From Chlamydiia bacterium (lineage in GTDB: Bacteria > Chlamydiota > Chlamydiia > Chlamydiales > FEN-1388), in the NCBI GenBank assembly GCA_903848235.1, contig CAINFV010000165.1:1-59359 (forward strand): a DNA stretch of 59,359 nucleotides. Direction: 5' to 3'. The notes beneath the pieces were generated by a model that saw nothing but the letters and a program-made list of their open reading frames with translations, searched no databases and had not been told where the DNA came from. Below, piece after piece: positions 27,210-35,701 of this stretch (within the stretch, counting starts at the first letter, position 1; each line of letters opens with the position of its first letter). The position numbers and the translations under genes are program-made.

Positions 27210-27464
27210 ATGGCAGAAGTTTCAGGAATATCGGCGGTGCCGGAGCAGCAAGCAACGCAACAGACAGATCCAGCAAACACAGCAGCGACTCAGTCGACGG
27301 GTGGCGGAGGGATCTCCACGATGGCGGATCTTGAAAAAATTGCAAAACCACTTGCTGACGCCATTAAGTTCGCCATTGCAAGTAACATGTGCAGTGCCTC
27401 AAACCGCTCTAACCAGCGAATGAAAGAGACCCTTCAAGAGGCTCAACGAAGGCAGGGGGGTTGA
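27210..27464 (+). CDS. Small hypothetical protein (84 aa)
   Basis: The ATG at 27210 is preceded by GGAGG (27195..27199). The N-terminal half is Gln/Thr/Ala-rich and the C-terminal half is helical. No family recognised. Confidence 0.45.
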   Translation: MAEVSGISAVPEQQATQQTDPANTAATQSTGGGGISTMADLEKIAKPLADAIKFAIASNMCSASNRSNQRMKETLQEAQRRQGG

Positions 27465-27505
27465 AGTCTCCTTCAAGGAAAAATAGAGAACAACGTGCAC
27501 GCTGC

Positions 27506-28420
27506 ATGACGGATTTACCCCAGAATTTGCAATGGCAACAAGAAGCAGTCCCTGCTGAGTGCGCGGGGATGCGCCTTGACGTTGCCCTGACGAAACTGTT
27601 TTCACATTCACGGGCCTCTCTTCAACGGTGGATCGAAGAGGGGCTTGTTCATGTCAATGGACAAGCGCAAAAAAAACGGTATGTAGTCAGCGAGGGCGAT
27701 CTTCTTGCCGTCTGTCCGGCGCCACCTCCTCCCTCCGCTGTTGCGCCAGAGCCCATGACGTTCGATATCCTCTACGAAGACTCATCGCTCTTTATCATTA
27801 ATAAGCCTCCGGGCCTCGTGGTACACCCAGCTCCAGGAAACAGGAGCGGTACCTTTGTCAATGGCCTTGTAGCGTGTTTGAAAGACCTTGAATGTCAAGA
27901 TCCTATCCGTCCAGGACTTGTTCATAGGCTTGATAAGGATACCTCTGGTGTTCTTATCGCTGCGAAAACACCGTCTGCCCTTCAGGCCCTCTCGCAACAG
28001 TTTCACGATAGGACTGTCTATAAGGAATACAGAGCTATTGTCGTAGGACGCTGTACAGAAGCGATGCGATGTGCGGAGCCTATAGGAAGAGACCCGAAGA
28101 ACCGTAAGCGAATGGCTATCGTACATAATGGGAAAGAAGCACAGACGGAGTTTTTCCCCCTACAGTCATCTGGGGCGTTGACACTGATGAGGGCAGTTCC
28201 CCATACCGGCAGGACGCATCAAATACGAGTTCATCTCTCCTCCCTTGGATATCCCATCCTCGGTGATGCAGTATACGGTAAAAAAGATGTGTCTGTGAAA
28301 CGGCAGATGCTCCATTGCTGGTCGCTGACAGTGCTCCATCCTGTGACGAAGACACCGCTTGTACTTCAAGCCCCTCTTCCTCAGGACTTTCAAGAGATTT
28401 TGTCAGGCTTTGTTTCGTAA
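27506..28420 (+). CDS. rluD: RluA/RluD-family 23S rRNA pseudouridine synthase
   Basis: S4-like N-terminus 'RLDVALTKLF.HSRASLQRWIEEGLVHVNG', catalytic 'HRLDKDTSGVLIAAKT', and 'HQIRVHL'. The start is taken at ATG 27506 (the track ORF begins at TTG 27461). Confidence 0.8.
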   Translation: MTDLPQNLQWQQEAVPAECAGMRLDVALTKLFSHSRASLQRWIEEGLVHVNGQAQKKRYVVSEGDLLAVCPAPPPPSAVAPEPMTFDILYEDSSLFIINKPPGLVVHPAPGNRSGTFVNGLVACLKDLECQDPIRPGLVHRLDKDTSGVLIAAKTPSALQALSQQFHDRTVYKEYRAIVVGRCTEAMRCAEPIGRDPKNRKRMAIVHNGKEAQTEFFPLQSSGALTLMRAVPHTGRTHQIRVHLSSLGYPILGDAVYGKKDVSVKRQMLHCWSLTVLHPVTKTPLVLQAPLPQDFQEILSGFVS

Positions 28421-28442
28421 TGTGTAACCGCTGGTTAGCTCT

Positions 28443-28886
28443 ATGCGAGTTGTCGTGCAACGTGTTCTTGACGCTTCCGTGACGGTTGATCATACTGTTG
28501 TTGGGGCGATCGGTAAGGGACTTTGCGTTTTTCTGGGAATTGGATTGAATGACAAAGAAAAGGATGCGGCCTTCCTTGCGAAAAAAGTTGTCCGTCTGCG
28601 AGTCTTTCCTGATACAGCCGGAAAGATGTCGCTTAGTGTGGTAGATGTCCAAGGAGATATCCTTGTCGTCAGTCAGTTCACTTTGTATGGAAGCTGTACA
28701 AACGGCTGCAGGCCGGACTTTACACAAGCAGCCTCTCCGCAGATTGCTTTGCCTCTGTATGAGATGTTTCTCAAAGAAATAGAAAAAGAGCTTGGGAAGG
28801 TGCCCCAGAAGGGTAAATTCCAAGAGATGATGAAGGTGTCTATCGTTAATGATGGCCCTGTCACTTTGTTGATCAACAGCCAATAA
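28443..28886 (+). CDS. dtd: D-aminoacyl-tRNA deacylase
   Basis: 147 aa. 'MRVVVQRV...', 'SQFTLYG....G.RP.F..AA' and the C-terminal 'NDGPVTLLI' are Dtd signatures. Confidence 0.85.
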   Translation: MRVVVQRVLDASVTVDHTVVGAIGKGLCVFLGIGLNDKEKDAAFLAKKVVRLRVFPDTAGKMSLSVVDVQGDILVVSQFTLYGSCTNGCRPDFTQAASPQIALPLYEMFLKEIEKELGKVPQKGKFQEMMKVSIVNDGPVTLLINSQ

Positions 28887-28898
28887 GAGAGTGCTTCC

Positions 28899-30278
28899 AT
28901 GGCTCTTCACCCGACGCTCTATGAGCTGGAACGAGCGATTCTGTCGTATACTTCCCCCACACTGAAAGGTGGACTGAAAGAATGGCAAGCTATGAAATGG
29001 CTCTGGGAGCAGTTAAGCTGGTCGGCGCGATTAGTTACCCATCTTGGTGCTTCTAGCTCTTCTTGGTGGAAAGAGAGGTATGTTTTACCCCTTCTCTGCA
29101 CTGAGAGCATTTCCTTCCTTCAGCAATATGTGCAGGGGGACTGGACACGGGCAGAAGAAGAGTCGTTGCGCCACTGCTTTCATTTTTTTGTTCCATATGC
29201 AGCAAAGAGTCCAGACCTATTTCCTCAAGCGATAACCCAGTTTTTATCTGGCATCTGTCCGTCGTTTAATACGGAACGGGAGCTGGCTCTGAGCCGGTTT
29301 TTAGGGAAAGGGGGGCCAAAAAACTGTTCTTGGCTTCGTGATGAGACTTTTGCTCAGTATCGATCTCGCATGCAAGCTTTGGTCAAACGGCCGTCTTCGC
29401 AGCGAGTACAGGAAAAAGAAGAGCCCCTGACACCAGCTTCTCGAGAGGATGCTAATAGTGTCAACGACGAGACACGAGAAAAAACAAAGAAACGTATTGA
29501 AGAGATATCGTCGATACGAGATGAGGCAGCACAGCTGGTCTTACGAATGGACCAGAGTTTTGCCAAAGCATTTCCTCTACGACAAGAAGCAGAACAGGAT
29601 GTGGGAGAACTGAAGAATGTCAAAGAGGAGATGCTTGCATTTCTCTTGGAAATAGATGGCGTTCTCTTCCGATTTTCTGAACTTGCTGCCGTATGTATAT
29701 CTGATACGGAGGCTCGACGACTTACCTTCGATATGGAAAAAGGACTAAAAGAGCTTCGATTCCGTGTGTCAGATCTTCGAACACGAGGTGAGGAGATCTG
29801 TGGCTATCTCGAGGAGCAGAAAAGCACCATCACGAGAAGGCTGCAAGCACTTACCAGAGTTCTCGATCATGTTCCGCTGCTAGAGTCGGCCAATCATTTC
29901 CGAGTTCATCAGTCGCGCGTTGTGAGGATGGGGAGAGAGAACTTAAAACGATTTCGTGGCTTACTCACAAAAGGGCCTGGGCCTGACATGAGGCTCTGTC
30001 AGCTCGAACATGAGATTGCTGATGCCGCATGCCTTGCAACGGCATTCTACGATGAAGGAACGAAAATCGCTTCGATGAAAGAAAAGCTTCATCATCTCGA
30101 GCACCATATTCAAGAGCTTTTGTCTCACGCATCCTCTTCGTCAGCGGCAGCATCGCTTCGAAAGCTTTTATCAGAGGCGATAGAGCTCAAAAGAACTCTT
30201 GAGGTGGCTTCTGATCGGAGCTGCCGTTTTGAACAGATTGTTCAGGGGGTACATGAATGTGAGCCGAAAAAAATATAG
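28899..30278 (+). CDS. Hypothetical protein (459 aa)
   Basis: Long ORF 12 nt after dtd. The N-terminus is Trp-rich and the central and C-terminal parts are helical and charged. No motif recognised. Confidence 0.55.
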   Translation: MALHPTLYELERAILSYTSPTLKGGLKEWQAMKWLWEQLSWSARLVTHLGASSSSWWKERYVLPLLCTESISFLQQYVQGDWTRAEEESLRHCFHFFVPYAAKSPDLFPQAITQFLSGICPSFNTERELALSRFLGKGGPKNCSWLRDETFAQYRSRMQALVKRPSSQRVQEKEEPLTPASREDANSVNDETREKTKKRIEEISSIRDEAAQLVLRMDQSFAKAFPLRQEAEQDVGELKNVKEEMLAFLLEIDGVLFRFSELAAVCISDTEARRLTFDMEKGLKELRFRVSDLRTRGEEICGYLEEQKSTITRRLQALTRVLDHVPLLESANHFRVHQSRVVRMGRENLKRFRGLLTKGPGPDMRLCQLEHEIADAACLATAFYDEGTKIASMKEKLHHLEHHIQELLSHASSSSAAASLRKLLSEAIELKRTLEVASDRSCRFEQIVQGVHECEPKKI

Positions 30279-30396
30279 CGTTTTTTTTCTTCGAGGAGAA
30301 ATAAGTTTCTTTTCAGCAAATATCCATCTCCACTATAAGACAGAGATTGGAACGGATATCTATCTAACATGAGTTCTGGAAACAAGAGGCCGCACT

Positions 30397-30660
30397 ATGA
30401 AAGAGTTTGTTGCTTATATCGTCAAAAACCTGGTCGATCACCCTGACAAGGTTCGGATCAATGAGGTTGGAGGAACACAGACACTCATTATTGAGCTAGC
30501 TGTGGAAAAGAGCGATATAGGGAAGATTATCGGAAAGCAAGGGAAGACTATTAATGCAATCCGTACGCTCCTTATGTCGGTTGCCAGCCGCAATGGTATC
30601 CGAGTAAGCCTTGAAATTATCGAGGAAGGGAAGCCAAAGACTGAACAAGTTGTGGGGTAA
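30397..30660 (+). CDS. KH-domain RNA-binding protein (UPF0109/YlqC-like)
   Basis: 87 aa. 'LV.HPD.V.I.E......I.L.V...D.GKIIGKQGKTINAIRTLL' is the conserved KH_4 pattern. Confidence 0.8.
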   Translation: MKEFVAYIVKNLVDHPDKVRINEVGGTQTLIIELAVEKSDIGKIIGKQGKTINAIRTLLMSVASRNGIRVSLEIIEEGKPKTEQVVG

Positions 30661-30790
30661 AAGAGATCTGCTACCCGAGTTCCTGTCGCGCTTTGCTATT
30701 TTTTCTCTATACAGAAAAGATAGGTGCAGCAGACGATGAAGTAGAGTTTTTTATAACAATGGCCTGATGGCGAGATGCTATGGAGGATGT

Positions 30791-31294
30791 ATGTCACTAG
30801 AGAACGCAAAAGAAAACCTTAAAGAGTTTGGCAAGGAGCTGGGCTTAGAGGGGTTGGAATTTGATGAAAACAATACGTGTATTTTAGGGATTGACGATGA
30901 GTACTCCCTTCACCTGACCTATGAACCAAATTCAAAGCGGCTGTATCTCTATTCTCCGCTGCTCGATGGACTCCCCAAAGACGACAAGCTTCGTCTTCGT
31001 CTGTACGAGAAACTCCTTGAGGGGTCTCTCCTCGGTGGGCAGATGGCAGGTGGCGGTGTCGGCGTTGCTGTCAACGAAGAGTTGATTCTCGTCCACTCGA
31101 CAATTGATATGGAACATGCTCTTTCTGCTGCTCTTCGCAGCTATGCTCCGATCTTTGTTGAGATGGTTGAGAAATGGAGAAAAATCTGCCAAGAGATTTC
31201 AGAAGGCCGTGGTGAAGAAGCTGGCAAGACACTAGCTCCATCACCTGCGATGGGTGCTGGTTCTCGTGGTGGCCAAGGGTTTATCAAGATCTAG
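30791..31294 (+). CDS. CesT/SycE-type (class I) type III secretion chaperone
   Basis: The pattern 'LKEFGKELGLEGLEFDENNTCILGIDDEYSLHLTYEPNSKRLYLYSPLLDGLP...' followed by 'ELILVHSTIDMEH...FVEMVEKWRKI' is the typical CesT-family layout. The ATG at 30791 follows GGAGGA. Confidence 0.7.
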   Translation: MSLENAKENLKEFGKELGLEGLEFDENNTCILGIDDEYSLHLTYEPNSKRLYLYSPLLDGLPKDDKLRLRLYEKLLEGSLLGGQMAGGGVGVAVNEELILVHSTIDMEHALSAALRSYAPIFVEMVEKWRKICQEISEGRGEEAGKTLAPSPAMGAGSRGGQGFIKI

Positions 31295-31322
31295 TTCTAC
31301 GCTCGTCATTCGACAAGCTGAT

Positions 31323-31357
31323 AAGGAGAGAGGCGATGAGCTTCTCTCCTTTTTTTT
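31323..31357 (+). terminator. Rho-independent terminator
   Basis: Stem AAGGAGAGA (31323..31331) pairs with TCTCTCCTT (31343..31351) and runs into a T8 tract ending at 31357. It lies 29 nt after the chaperone stop. Confidence 0.7.
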
Positions 31358-31377
31358 GATGAATCCGAGGTAGAAGG

Positions 31378-31986
31378 CTATTTTTTAAGGGCAAGGAACC
31401 TCTGTTCGACCACATTCCAGTTGATGATCGACCAGATGGCTTTTACATAGTCTGCGCGCAGATTTTTGTATTGAAGATAGTAGGCATGTTCCCAGACATC
31501 GATGCATAAGATCGGCATCGCTCCCTTGGTGATCAATAGATCGTGGTTTTCTGTTGTGAAGGGGCGCAGCTGCTTGCATACCGTGCAGTAGCCAAGCCAT
31601 CCCCAGCCGGACCCCTGCACTCCACTGCACATGGGGGTCATAATGTCGATCAGATGCTCTAAAGAGCCAAAAGTCTCGCAAATCAGTTCTTTGAGGGCTC
31701 CATCATGCAGCTCTCCACCACCTTTTCCAATGGGGGCTAAATTTTCCCAGTAGAGAGTGTGGTTGATATCTCCGCCGCCATTGAACTTGATAGCTCCATC
31801 AATCACAATTTGTTGAACGAGATCTCCTTTTGCCTCTGCATCGCGAAGCTTTTTCACAGCCTCATTGAGGTTTTTGACATATCCTGCATGGTGTTTGTTG
31901 TAGTGTATCTGCAAGATCTCCTCTGAGATCACTGGCTCTAATTCGTTCATGCCATAGGGCAATTTTGGTAATTTATACTCTGTCAT
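31378..31986 (-). CDS. sodA: Fe/Mn superoxide dismutase
   Basis: 'LPKLPYGMNELEPVISEEILQIHYNKHHAGYV' and 'DVWEHAYYLQYKN' are canonical Fe/Mn-SOD motifs. Confidence 0.9.
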   Translation of the reverse strand: MTEYKLPKLPYGMNELEPVISEEILQIHYNKHHAGYVKNLNEAVKKLRDAEAKGDLVQQIVIDGAIKFNGGGDINHTLYWENLAPIGKGGGELHDGALKELICETFGSLEHLIDIMTPMCSGVQGSGWGWLGYCTVCKQLRPFTTENHDLLITKGAMPILCIDVWEHAYYLQYKNLRADYVKAIWSIINWNVVEQRFLALKK

Positions 31987-32027
31987 CAGTGCCTCCTCTA
32001 TAGTAAAAGTTATACCTATTCCACTTG

Positions 32028-32158
32028 AAAGTTGGAGTTTTTTTGCCGCGTTAAAGCCTCGATATTTGAGCCATCAAAAAACATCCAATAGTACACTATG
32101 GGGTGTTTTTTGATGGTCAAATCTCAAGCCTTTTCCGCGACAAAAACACTGCAACTTT
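32028..32158. repeat. About 131-nt imperfect inverted repeat (long hairpin) in the hemCD-sodA spacer
   Basis: The left arm 32028..~32083 (aaagttggagtttttttgccgcgttaaagcctcgatatttgagccatcaaaaaaca) matches the reverse complement of 32104..32158 at roughly four of five positions. The innermost 13 bp (CCATCAAAAAACA / TGTTTTTTGATGG) are perfect. Confidence 0.7.
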
Positions 32159-32226
32159 TAACTGTCAGCGGTATAAATTCAAACACTACGCCATTTTTTT
32201 TTAAAATGCCAAAAAATGGTACAAAG

Positions 32227-33504
32227 TTAAGCTGAGGATGACAGTCTTTTGCGAAGACGAGCTTGTGTCACAGGGCCGATCGCCTGCAGAAAAAGCGATT
32301 CCCAACTGCCTTTTGGCATAATATCAAAAAACGCATCAACAGAAGAAGGGCAGGTAAAATATACGCTATCAATGCCTTCTAAAGAGCACGGTGTTGAGGC
32401 GGCGACTGGTGTATACAGAGGAAGTTCTGTAAGAAAGATACCAGCCTGCTCTAAGGCTTCTGAAAGATGCCGGCGCGCATGCGTTGACCTGGGCCAGAAG
32501 AGATGCTGGGGATGCTCGGACAGAATCAGACTGACAACCCCTTCTTGCGTAGCATGGCCTGCGGTCAGTATCTGTGAAGAAGGAAAGAGCGTTTGCGCAC
32601 TGACAGCAGTCTCGTTTCCTACGCAGAAAAATCTGCAATTCGTCACAGAGAGTTGGGCAGTATGCAGGGCTTCGTGCAAAAAGATCGCCGCGTGTTTGCT
32701 GGTAAGAATCACTCCATTGGCCATCTTGATAGGTCGTAGCTGTTCGACAGAGGCTGGAAGGCGCTCCAGAGAGATCAGTGACGAATGGATGACCGCGAGG
32801 AAGGGATCGGAGAGAAGGCTCTGCGGTACAGAGGGGCCAACGACGGCAACATGCTTTCTTGAGTCAATAGGGGCAAAAAGCAAGGGCATTGAAGAGTCGT
32901 CAGATCGAGCGACCACTGCAAGCCTGCCCTGAAGAGGCTCTGTGTCGTGGTCAAGGAGACATCGGTTGAGGTCTGTCAGCTTCAGGCGGATCAGAGCTGC
33001 CTCGGCGACGAGGATAGCGTCAACAGCCCCATTCTGAAGCTGCTCTAGACGTTCGTCAATTGTCCCTCTGATATCAACAGCCTGCAGGTCCGCTCTGAGC
33101 TTTTTTAGCGCTTCTTCACGCCGTTTTGACGAGGTGCCAACGCGTGCGTTTGCAGGCAGTGTTTCAAGAGTGGTGTTTCCCCTCATCACAAGGCTATCGC
33201 GAGGATCAACGCCTTGTGTGAGTGCGATGACACAGAGGCCTTTTGGAAGAGGAGAGGGTAGGTCTTTAGCAGAATGGATGGCAATGCGAACCTCTCCTCG
33301 CAGTAGCATCTCATCGATTTCTTGAGAGAAGAAATCTGTTTTTGTAACCTTCCACAGCGGTGTTGTCCGATCTCTGTCGCCGCCGGTAATCGTCCACAGC
33401 GGATGAAAGCGAAGAGATGGATGGAAGGCGGAGATCTCTTTCCATACTTCGAAGACCTGTTCTTTCGAAAGACGTGAGCTTCGGGCACCGACGGTTATAT
33501 CCAT
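32227..33504 (-). CDS. hemC: Fusion protein: porphobilinogen deaminase (domains 1-2) plus uroporphyrinogen-III synthase-like domain
   Basis: The N-terminal roughly 215 aa ('VGARSSRLSKEQ', 'IAIHSAKDLP', 'VGTSSKRR', 'IRGTIDERL') match HemC catalytic motifs. The C-terminal roughly 210 aa ('VILTSKHAAIFL', 'FFCVGNETA', 'ATQEGVVSL', 'YFTCPSSVDAF') match the HemD pattern. I see no equivalent of HemC domain 3 with the cofactor cysteine. Confidence 0.7.
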   Translation of the reverse strand: MDITVGARSSRLSKEQVFEVWKEISAFHPSLRFHPLWTITGGDRDRTTPLWKVTKTDFFSQEIDEMLLRGEVRIAIHSAKDLPSPLPKGLCVIALTQGVDPRDSLVMRGNTTLETLPANARVGTSSKRREEALKKLRADLQAVDIRGTIDERLEQLQNGAVDAILVAEAALIRLKLTDLNRCLLDHDTEPLQGRLAVVARSDDSSMPLLFAPIDSRKHVAVVGPSVPQSLLSDPFLAVIHSSLISLERLPASVEQLRPIKMANGVILTSKHAAIFLHEALHTAQLSVTNCRFFCVGNETAVSAQTLFPSSQILTAGHATQEGVVSLILSEHPQHLFWPRSTHARRHLSEALEQAGIFLTELPLYTPVAASTPCSLEGIDSVYFTCPSSVDAFFDIMPKGSWESLFLQAIGPVTQARLRKRLSSSA

Positions 33505-33519
33505 AGTCCCTTTAAGCTA

Positions 33520-34884
33520 TTACATCATACTATCAATGGCTTCGTCGACCCAAGCAACAGGGAAAATGGTGATTGAGGATCGAAGAGCATCAAGAGATTT
33601 TGCGTTTTTCGCAGGGACGATGCAACGAGAAAATCCCATCTGCAACGCCTCTTTCACGCGAGCTTCAATACGAGGGACGCCACGTACCTCGCCGCTCAGC
33701 CCAACCTCTCCGATGACAGCCGTATCGTGGTCAAAGACCTTGTTGGAGAATGAAGAGACAATAGCAAGGAGCAGGCCAAGGTCTGCTGCAGGCTCTGTGA
33801 CTTTCAGGCCGCCAGTAACCGAGACAAAGACATCACTCTGATGTAGGCGGAAGCGAGCTCTCTTCTCGCAGACGGCGAGGAGAAGGGCAAGACGATTGGA
33901 GTCTAGCCCTGTGCACCGACGGGAGGGGGTCGCGAAGTATGTGTCGGTGACAAGAGCTTGTGCTTCAATGAGGATAGGCCGTGTTCCTTCCATCATCGGC
34001 ATGATGACAGTCCCCGTAGTTCCCTTTGTGCGATCCTCAATGAAAAGCTTTGAGGGGTTTTTTACCTCGACGAGCCCCCCTCCTTCCATCTGAAAGACGG
34101 CGATCTCATCAGTAGGGCCAAAACGGTTTTTGATCGAGCGTATGAGACGAAGGTTTTGCTGAGACTCTCCTTCAAAGTAGAGGACAGTATCTACTAAGTG
34201 TTCGAGGACGCGTGGACCGGCAATCTCTCCTGACTTGGTGACATGGCCAATGATGAGAATGGAGGTATGAGAAGATTTTGCACATTGCATGAGAGCCGCC
34301 GTGCACTCTCGAACCTGTGTGACAGATCCAGGTGCTGAGGGAATCTCATTTTTATACAGGATTTGGATGGAGTCAATAACGGCAAGCCGTGGCTGGTATT
34401 CCGTTAGCCATTTGGCAATAGCAGAGACTTCTGTTTCATTCGAAAAGAGGACGGAATTGCTGTTGAGGCCTAAGCGCCTGGCGCGCATGGCAACTTGTTC
34501 TAAAGACTCTTCACCAGAGACGTAGAGCACGGTATGGTTTTCATCGCCAACGCTATTAGCAAGGTGCAGGCAGAGCGTTGACTTGCCAATTCCTGGATCG
34601 CCGCCAATCAGTGTCAGAGAACCAGGGACGATGCCGCCTCCTATCGCCTTGTCGAACTCACTAAAGCAGGTCTGGTAGCGGGGGATAGGCTTGGAGTCGA
34701 TTTCTGTGAGAGGGACAGGAGAAGACCATTTTTTTGGGCCAAGGCAGAGCGGCGAGCGGGGGTTAGGCGGCTGTTCAATCTCCTCTTGGAGGGTATTCCA
34801 GCACGAACACGATGGGCACTGGCCGCTCCAGCGAGCTTGCTTATGGCCGCACGAAGAACAGTACCAGACAGAACGAGCTTTCAT
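33520..34884 (-). CDS. radA: DNA repair protein RadA/Sms
   Basis: N-terminal zinc finger 'YCSSCGHKQARWSGQCPSCSCWNT', Walker A 'GGDPGIGKST', 'KNRFG', and a Lon-like C-terminal domain. Confidence 0.9.
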   Translation of the reverse strand: MKARSVWYCSSCGHKQARWSGQCPSCSCWNTLQEEIEQPPNPRSPLCLGPKKWSSPVPLTEIDSKPIPRYQTCFSEFDKAIGGGIVPGSLTLIGGDPGIGKSTLCLHLANSVGDENHTVLYVSGEESLEQVAMRARRLGLNSNSVLFSNETEVSAIAKWLTEYQPRLAVIDSIQILYKNEIPSAPGSVTQVRECTAALMQCAKSSHTSILIIGHVTKSGEIAGPRVLEHLVDTVLYFEGESQQNLRLIRSIKNRFGPTDEIAVFQMEGGGLVEVKNPSKLFIEDRTKGTTGTVIMPMMEGTRPILIEAQALVTDTYFATPSRRCTGLDSNRLALLLAVCEKRARFRLHQSDVFVSVTGGLKVTEPAADLGLLLAIVSSFSNKVFDHDTAVIGEVGLSGEVRGVPRIEARVKEALQMGFSRCIVPAKNAKSLDALRSSITIFPVAWVDEAIDSMM

Positions 34885-34907
34885 CTTCTACCCCTTTTGC
34901 TATGCTT

Positions 34908-35609
34908 TTACAGGGCGTTGAGGGTGGCCAGAGCTTTTGCTGCCGCTTGCTGTTCTGCTTCGCGTTTTGTCTTGCCGATAGCTTCTCCAAGATCTTGCCC
35001 AGCAACAAAAACAGCTACTCTGAAAAGGCGGTCGTGAGGAGGGCCTGACGTGTCCTGCAGCCTGTATTCTGGAAGCCCTTTTCCTTGTTTTGCGAGTAAC
35101 TCCTGGAGCTCTGCCTTTGCATTCGAAGGGGCGCTATCGGCAATCATCGAGAAGTGGGTGTCGAAATGTGAGGAGAGAAATTGTTCCGCAGCATGCCAGC
35201 CGCCATCTACATAGATGGCGCCGACGATAGCTTCAAAAAGATCAGAGGCTAAAGAAGGTCGAGATTTTGCATGGAGCGTCTGTTCTCCTTTGCCGACCAG
35301 CAGATGGTCGATAAGTGCAAGGTGATCCATCATGACGGCGCAGCTTGTTTGGCAGACGGCCTCTGCTTTTTGCTTTGACAGAGGTCCTTCTCCGCGGTCG
35401 GGGAAACGGGCGAATAAAAATGCTGATACATAGAGGTTCAGCACCGCATCACCCAAAAACTCTAGCCTTTCATTGGCGATGAGATTTGAAAGCTGACATT
35501 CGTTGAGAAACGATCGATGGACAAAGGCTTGGATAAGGATCGAACGATCTTGGAAACAATAGCCAAGCCTCTTTTCGATCGATGGGAGGGATTCATGGAG
35601 AGTAAGCAT
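34908..35609 (-). CDS. rnc: Ribonuclease III
   Basis: 'ERLEFLGDAVLNL' signature, 'FEAIVGAIYVDGG', and a C-terminal dsRBD ('AKAELQELL...GPPHDRLF.V.V'). The start is chosen at ATG 35609 (MLTLHESLPSIEKRLGYCF). The track ORF extends to 35690. Confidence 0.85.
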   Translation of the reverse strand: MLTLHESLPSIEKRLGYCFQDRSILIQAFVHRSFLNECQLSNLIANERLEFLGDAVLNLYVSAFLFARFPDRGEGPLSKQKAEAVCQTSCAVMMDHLALIDHLLVGKGEQTLHAKSRPSLASDLFEAIVGAIYVDGGWHAAEQFLSSHFDTHFSMIADSAPSNAKAELQELLAKQGKGLPEYRLQDTSGPPHDRLFRVAVFVAGQDLGEAIGKTKREAEQQAAAKALATLNAL

Positions 35610-35701
35610 GAGTTTTTCTGAAGGATGCACGATAGGTTTACCGAATGTTTCCTTAGATAGTATAATACTACCTGAATTTAGCAGAAACACTAAGGAGTCT
35701 T

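Noticed and set aside
28116-28988. 290-aa ORF on the minus strand.
   Set aside because: It is entirely antisense to the well-supported rluD-family 3' end and dtd. Its composition is Arg/Ser/Leu/Cys-rich and shadow-like, and it has no motif or SD.
32249-32932. 227-aa plus-strand ORF.
   Set aside because: It is antisense to the hemC-hemD fusion gene, which has clear family motifs. The shadow ORF has none.
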